From NCBI GenBank assembly GCA_015222055.1, contig JADFUR010000113.1:41-64040 (forward strand): a DNA stretch of 64,000 nucleotides, read 5' to 3'. Of this stretch, positions 60,563 to 64,000 are shown piece after piece; the stretch's first letter is position 1, and the number at the start of each line of letters is the position of its first letter. Under the pieces are notes generated by a model, which was given only the letters and a program-made list of their open reading frames with translations, searched no databases and was not told the origin of the DNA. The position numbers and the translations under genes were made by a program. This DNA is from Bacteroidota bacterium. GTDB lineage: Bacteria > Bacteroidota > Bacteroidia > Bacteroidales > B39-G9.

Positions 60563-61073
60563 TATTTTAACAATTAAACCTCTCAGCTATTGATTCGTTT
60601 CACCACATCTTTTTCTGATTTATAATATGATGCTTTTTATAATTTTTTTTGTTTGGATTTCGGATTGTAAATTAGAATTAAAAATAGAGGGGAAAAGAGC
60701 AGAGAACATCAGACTAGCACCATGCTTTAGCTTGGTGACTGATTAGCAAGTAGATTTCACAGTCCGCTTTAGCGGACTTCTAATAATATAAAAAATGCAA
60801 CACACACATTCACGTATATGGGTTTATATTATTTAGGCAACAATCTGAAAAAATTATAATTTCCTGATAATAAATTCCATTCTTTATACATACTCTTATC
60901 GCTATAAATCAAACAACATCTCCGTGATTTAATAAACAAATCAACAATTCTACATATAAACATATTTATAAATATTAAATTATTATTCTAAATAAAAAAT
61001 AAAATTATTATATTTATATTCTAAATCTTTTTTTAATTTTAGTAACACCTTATTTTCACATATTTAAATAATT

Positions 61074-61598
61074 ATGAGAATAAAAAGAACTAATACTTCA
61101 AAAAATAAAACTAAAAATCACCTTAAGGTTGATTTAAAATTAATTGACCCCATAATTTCAAAATATAAAAACAAAAAAGGTAATTTAATTCCAATATTGC
61201 AAGGCGTGCAAACTACTTATGGATTTATTCCACATGAAGCATTTATAAAGCTCTCAGATGAAATCGGTTTAAAATTAAATGACTTGTATGGGGTAGCTAC
61301 CTTTTATGCTCAATTTCGTCTTCATCCAGGTGGGAAACACATAATTAAGGTTTGTCATGGAACTGCTTGCCACGTTCAAAACTCTGATGGTATTACCGAT
61401 GCTTTAAAAGAAGAGCTTAAAATTAACGATGGCGAGACTACCAAAGATAATTTATTTACCCTAGAATCTGTTGCTTGCCTTGGTTGCTGCTCCCTCGCTC
61501 CTGTTATGATGATTGATGGAGAAACTTATGGCAAACTCGATAATGCAAAAGCTGTTAAAATAATTAGAGAAATAAAAAAAACAGAGTTTAGAGTTTAA
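61074..61598 (+). CDS. nuoE: NuoE/HydC-like thioredoxin-fold [2Fe-2S] subunit
   Basis: 174 aa. 'NLIPILQGVQ', 'VATFYAQF' and the Cys pattern 'VCHGTACH...ACLGCCSLAP'. Confidence 0.85.
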   Translation: MRIKRTNTSKNKTKNHLKVDLKLIDPIISKYKNKKGNLIPILQGVQTTYGFIPHEAFIKLSDEIGLKLNDLYGVATFYAQFRLHPGGKHIIKVCHGTACHVQNSDGITDALKEELKINDGETTKDNLFTLESVACLGCCSLAPVMMIDGETYGKLDNAKAVKIIREIKKTEFRV

Positions 61599-61630
61599 TG
61601 TTTAACAATTTAACAATCTTTGTTTTTAAT

Positions 61631-61695
61631 AATTAGTGATAATTCGTGAAATTAGTGTCTAAAAATATAATTAGTGTGAATTAGTGTAATTTGTG
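61631..61695. repeat. six AATT(A/C/T)GTG octamer words between the nuoE-like and nuoF-like genes
   Basis: Words at 61631, 61641, 61650, 61669, 61679 and 61688, preceded by TTAACAAT x2 at 61602-61617. Confidence 0.8.
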
Positions 61696-63510
61696 TCTCC
61701 TAATATGGAAAATATAAAAGTAATAGTAGGTCTTGGCAGCTGTGGAATAGCAACTGGAGCCAACAAAGTTTACAATCTAATTAAAGATATTAAACAAAGA
61801 GACAAGTTAAATATTGATTTGGGGAAAACCAGTTGTGTTGGTATGTGCTACAACGAACCTTTAGTTGAAATTTTTGACAAAACAGGTTATTATTTATATG
61901 GCAATATTGACGAAACAACGGTAAACGATATTATTGAGAATCATATAAAAAACAATAATCCTGTTAATGATTATCTTATCTCATATAAACTCATTTCTGA
62001 CAACAATAAAATCAAATTCTTTAAAGAAGAAGATAAAACATTTTCACTTAGTCAGCATAAAATAGTTTTGAGAAACTGCGGATATATTAACCCAGAATCT
62101 ATTGCTGATTATGAATCAAGACAAGGCTATCAATCAATAAAAAAGATAGCACACGAAAAAATCAGTTCCGCAAGCGTTGTTAAAACAATAATGGATTCCG
62201 GTCTAAGGGGAAGAGGTGGCGGTGGTTTCCCAACTGGTTTAAAATGGAAATTTGCTGCTAATAAGAAATCCGACGAGAAATATATTATATGTAATGCCGA
62301 CGAAGGTGATCCCGGGGCTTTTATGGACAGGTCAGTGCTTGAAGGCGATCCTCATTCTGTTATTGAAGGAATGATAATTGGAGCTTATGCTATTGAAGCT
62401 ACACATGGTGTTATTTATTGTCGTGCTGAATATCCGCTTGCAATTAAACGCTTAAACATTGCTCTCACACAGGCAAGAAAAAAAGCATATCTTGGGAAAA
62501 ATATTATAAGCATTAAGGGTTTCAATTTCGATATTATAGTTAAAGAAGGAGCCGGTGCTTTTGTGTGCGGCGAAGAAACAGCCTTAATAGCATCTGTTGA
62601 AGGTAAACGCGGGATGCCTCGCAAAAGACCTCCATTTCCTGCCGAAGCAGGATTATGGAACAAACCCACAAATATCAATAATGTAGAAACATTTGCTAAT
62701 GTGCCATGGATTATTCTAAATGGTTCTGAAGAATTTACAAAATTTGGCACCGAAAAAAGTAAAGGAACAAAAGTTTTTGCCTTGGCAGGAAAAGTTAAGC
62801 ACTCCGGTCTGGTAGAAGTTCCAATGGGTATCACTTTACGTGATATAATTTTCAAAATTGGCGGTGGAATAAAAGACGGGAAAAAGTTTAAAGCAGTTCA
62901 GTTAGGCGGACCTTCAGGTGGTTGCATACCCGAACATTTGCTCGATACAATTGTAGATTACGATTCAATTAATTCAACAGGTGCAATAATGGGTTCGGGT
63001 GGTATGATTGTTATGGATGAAACAACTTGTATGGTTGACCTTGCTCGTTTCTTTCTCGACTTTGTGCAAAAAGAATCTTGTGGAAAATGTACTTTCTGTC
63101 GTATTGGAACAAAACGAATGCTCGAAATTTTAACTCGTATTACCCAAGGTGAAGGTGAAGAAGGCGATATTGAAAAACTCGAAGAATTATCTTACCAGAT
63201 AAAAGATAATTCGCTTTGTGGTTTAGGACAAACCGCACCTAATCCTGTGTTGACAACAATAAAATATTTTAGAGACGAATATGAAGCACATATCAAAAAA
63301 AAACGTTGTCCTGCAAAAAGTTGCAAAAAATTAATCACTTATGAAGTCGACCCTGAAAAATGTACCGGTTGCACTGTTTGTGCAATTAATTGCCCTGTTG
63401 ACGCTATATCAGGCGAGAGGAAAAAACCGCATCTCATTGACCAAAACAATTGCATAAAATGCGGTGTATGCTATTCTAAATGTAAATTTAATGCTATAAA
63501 ATTATATTAG
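61693..63510 (+). CDS. nuoF: NuoF/HydB-like NADH-binding FMN flavoprotein with N-terminal 2Fe-2S and two C-terminal 4Fe-4S motifs
   Basis: 605 aa in the track from a GTG that lies inside a repeat word; the ATG at 61705 ('MENIKVIVGLGSCG') is more plausible. 'GLRGRGGGGFPTGLKW', 'ICNADEGDPGAFMDR', 'ESCGKCTFCR', 'CTGCTVCAINCP', 'CIKCGVCYSKC'. Confidence 0.9.
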   Translation: MSPNMENIKVIVGLGSCGIATGANKVYNLIKDIKQRDKLNIDLGKTSCVGMCYNEPLVEIFDKTGYYLYGNIDETTVNDIIENHIKNNNPVNDYLISYKLISDNNKIKFFKEEDKTFSLSQHKIVLRNCGYINPESIADYESRQGYQSIKKIAHEKISSASVVKTIMDSGLRGRGGGGFPTGLKWKFAANKKSDEKYIICNADEGDPGAFMDRSVLEGDPHSVIEGMIIGAYAIEATHGVIYCRAEYPLAIKRLNIALTQARKKAYLGKNIISIKGFNFDIIVKEGAGAFVCGEETALIASVEGKRGMPRKRPPFPAEAGLWNKPTNINNVETFANVPWIILNGSEEFTKFGTEKSKGTKVFALAGKVKHSGLVEVPMGITLRDIIFKIGGGIKDGKKFKAVQLGGPSGGCIPEHLLDTIVDYDSINSTGAIMGSGGMIVMDETTCMVDLARFFLDFVQKESCGKCTFCRIGTKRMLEILTRITQGEGEEGDIEKLEELSYQIKDNSLCGLGQTAPNPVLTTIKYFRDEYEAHIKKKRCPAKSCKKLITYEVDPEKCTGCTVCAINCPVDAISGERKKPHLIDQNNCIKCGVCYSKCKFNAIKLY

Positions 63511-63543
63511 AATTAAATTTTTGACTTAAACTCATTAATTACA

Positions 63544-64000
63544 ATGAACGATATAAATTTAACACTTAACGGAAAAAAAGTTAAAGGTAAAAAAGGAGAA
63601 ACAATTTTACAGCTTGCTCGCAGAAATGGAATTGAAATTCCTACTCTCTGCAACGACGCTCGTTTAGAGCCTTATTCTTCATGTTTTGTTTGTGTTGTTG
63701 AAGTTAAAGGTATGAGAGGCATGCAACCTTCATGTTCTACCAAAATTAGTGAAGGAATGGAAGTTGAAACCAATAATAATAAAGTTTTTAAAGCCAGAAA
63801 AACTGCTTTAGAATTATTAATCAGCAATCATTATGCCGACTGCTTATCGCCATGCACTCAAGCTTGTCCGGCGGGTGTTGATATTCAAGGTTATGTAGCT
63901 TTAATTGAAAAGCGAATGTATAACGAGGCTATTGCCTTAATAAAAGAGACAAACCCACTACCTTCTATTTGTGGTAGAGTTTGCGTAAGACCTTGCGAGG
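63544..64000 (+). CDS. partial (5' part only): [2Fe-2S] ferredoxin domain fused to a GltD/NfnB-like oxidoreductase
   Basis: Hand translation from the ATG at 63544: 'MNDINLTLNGKKVKGKKGETILQLARRNGIEIPTLCND...SCFVCVVEV' (plant-type 2Fe-2S as in NuoG/HydA N-termini). It continues 'CPAGVDIQGYVALIEKRMYNEAIALIKETNPLPSICGRVCVRPCE', the N-terminal signature of the glutamate synthase small-subunit family. The ORF runs off the window. Confidence 0.7.
   Translation, partial: MNDINLTLNGKKVKGKKGETILQLARRNGIEIPTLCNDARLEPYSSCFVCVVEVKGMRGMQPSCSTKISEGMEVETNNNKVFKARKTALELLISNHYADCLSPCTQACPAGVDIQGYVALIEKRMYNEAIALIKETNPLPSICGRVCVRPCE

Noticed and set aside
59205-61073. Possible degenerate CRISPR array in the ORF-free island
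   Set aside because: There is no series of short identical repeats at regular 60-75 bp spacing. The only true repeat is a pair of 150-nt units 366 bp apart, the other hairpins are all different sequences, and no cas genes are in the window.
59205-61073. Possible chromosomal replication origin (long AT-rich non-coding DNA)
   Set aside because: I found no cluster of DnaA boxes. The best matches to TTATCCACA are single 6-7/9 hits, for example TTCACCACA near 60597. No dnaA or dnaN is nearby. GC-skew cannot be judged from one window, so this is unsupported rather than disproved.
62415-62855. 146-aa ORF antisense to the nuoF-like gene
   Set aside because: It lies entirely inside a strongly supported CDS on the opposite strand, and its sequence is what is expected from reading a conserved gene backwards. 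No motif supports it.
1-64000. Mobile genetic element, prophage or defence island content
   Set aside because: I saw no integrase, transposase, phage structural gene, toxin-antitoxin pair, restriction-modification set or cas gene. The HsdR_N-domain ORF is a lone small domain protein in a housekeeping context next to holA.

Overview
AT-rich (about 30% GC by eye) chromosomal window that looks Bacteroidota-derived. Evidence: a T9SS C-terminal sorting domain on a subtilase, Reg_prop/Y_Y_Y sensors, TAnnTTTG -7 promoter words and a Bacteroides-style glycan locus.

Layout:
1. 363-21975: a 21.6-kb glycan locus, all on the minus strand, with 20 intact genes and two gene remnants. It holds a wHTH regulator, a Wzx flippase, a pyruvyl transferase with its Fe-S partner, 4 GT-B glycosyltransferases and an EpsG-type polymerase. 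It also holds two FdtA paralogs plus FdtC and FdtB, a WbuB-like GT, a GNAT with a WcfR-like aminotransferase and a WcfS-like initiating transferase, FnlA/B/C, and an O-antigen-ligase-like protein.
2. 22590-33477: housekeeping genes (Usp, AddA/UvrD-like helicase-nuclease, holA, AMP nucleosidase, HsdR_N-domain protein, a solitary citF, RluA-family synthase, panB).
3. 33536-44385: four consecutive single-pass sensor proteins (TPR-only, TPR-histidine kinase, propeller-PAS-SpoIIE, TPR-SpoIIE).
4. xseA, a MORN/lipoprotein/T9SS-subtilase operon, dnaK, queE, an OmpA-family protein, a serine hydrolase and pyk.
5. 59205-61073: a 1.87-kb ORF-free island dense in hairpins, holding two copies of a 150-nt bipartite element.
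6. A NuoE-like/NuoF-like pair followed by a 2Fe-2S + GltD-like gene cut by the window end.

I saw no tRNA, rRNA, CRISPR array, transposase, integrase or recognisable defence gene. The most unusual feature is the non-coding island in (5); I read it as undescribed structured RNA on the + strand but cannot assign it to any known family. A second recurring oddity is short-period word arrays and unrelated GC-cored hairpins at many gene boundaries.
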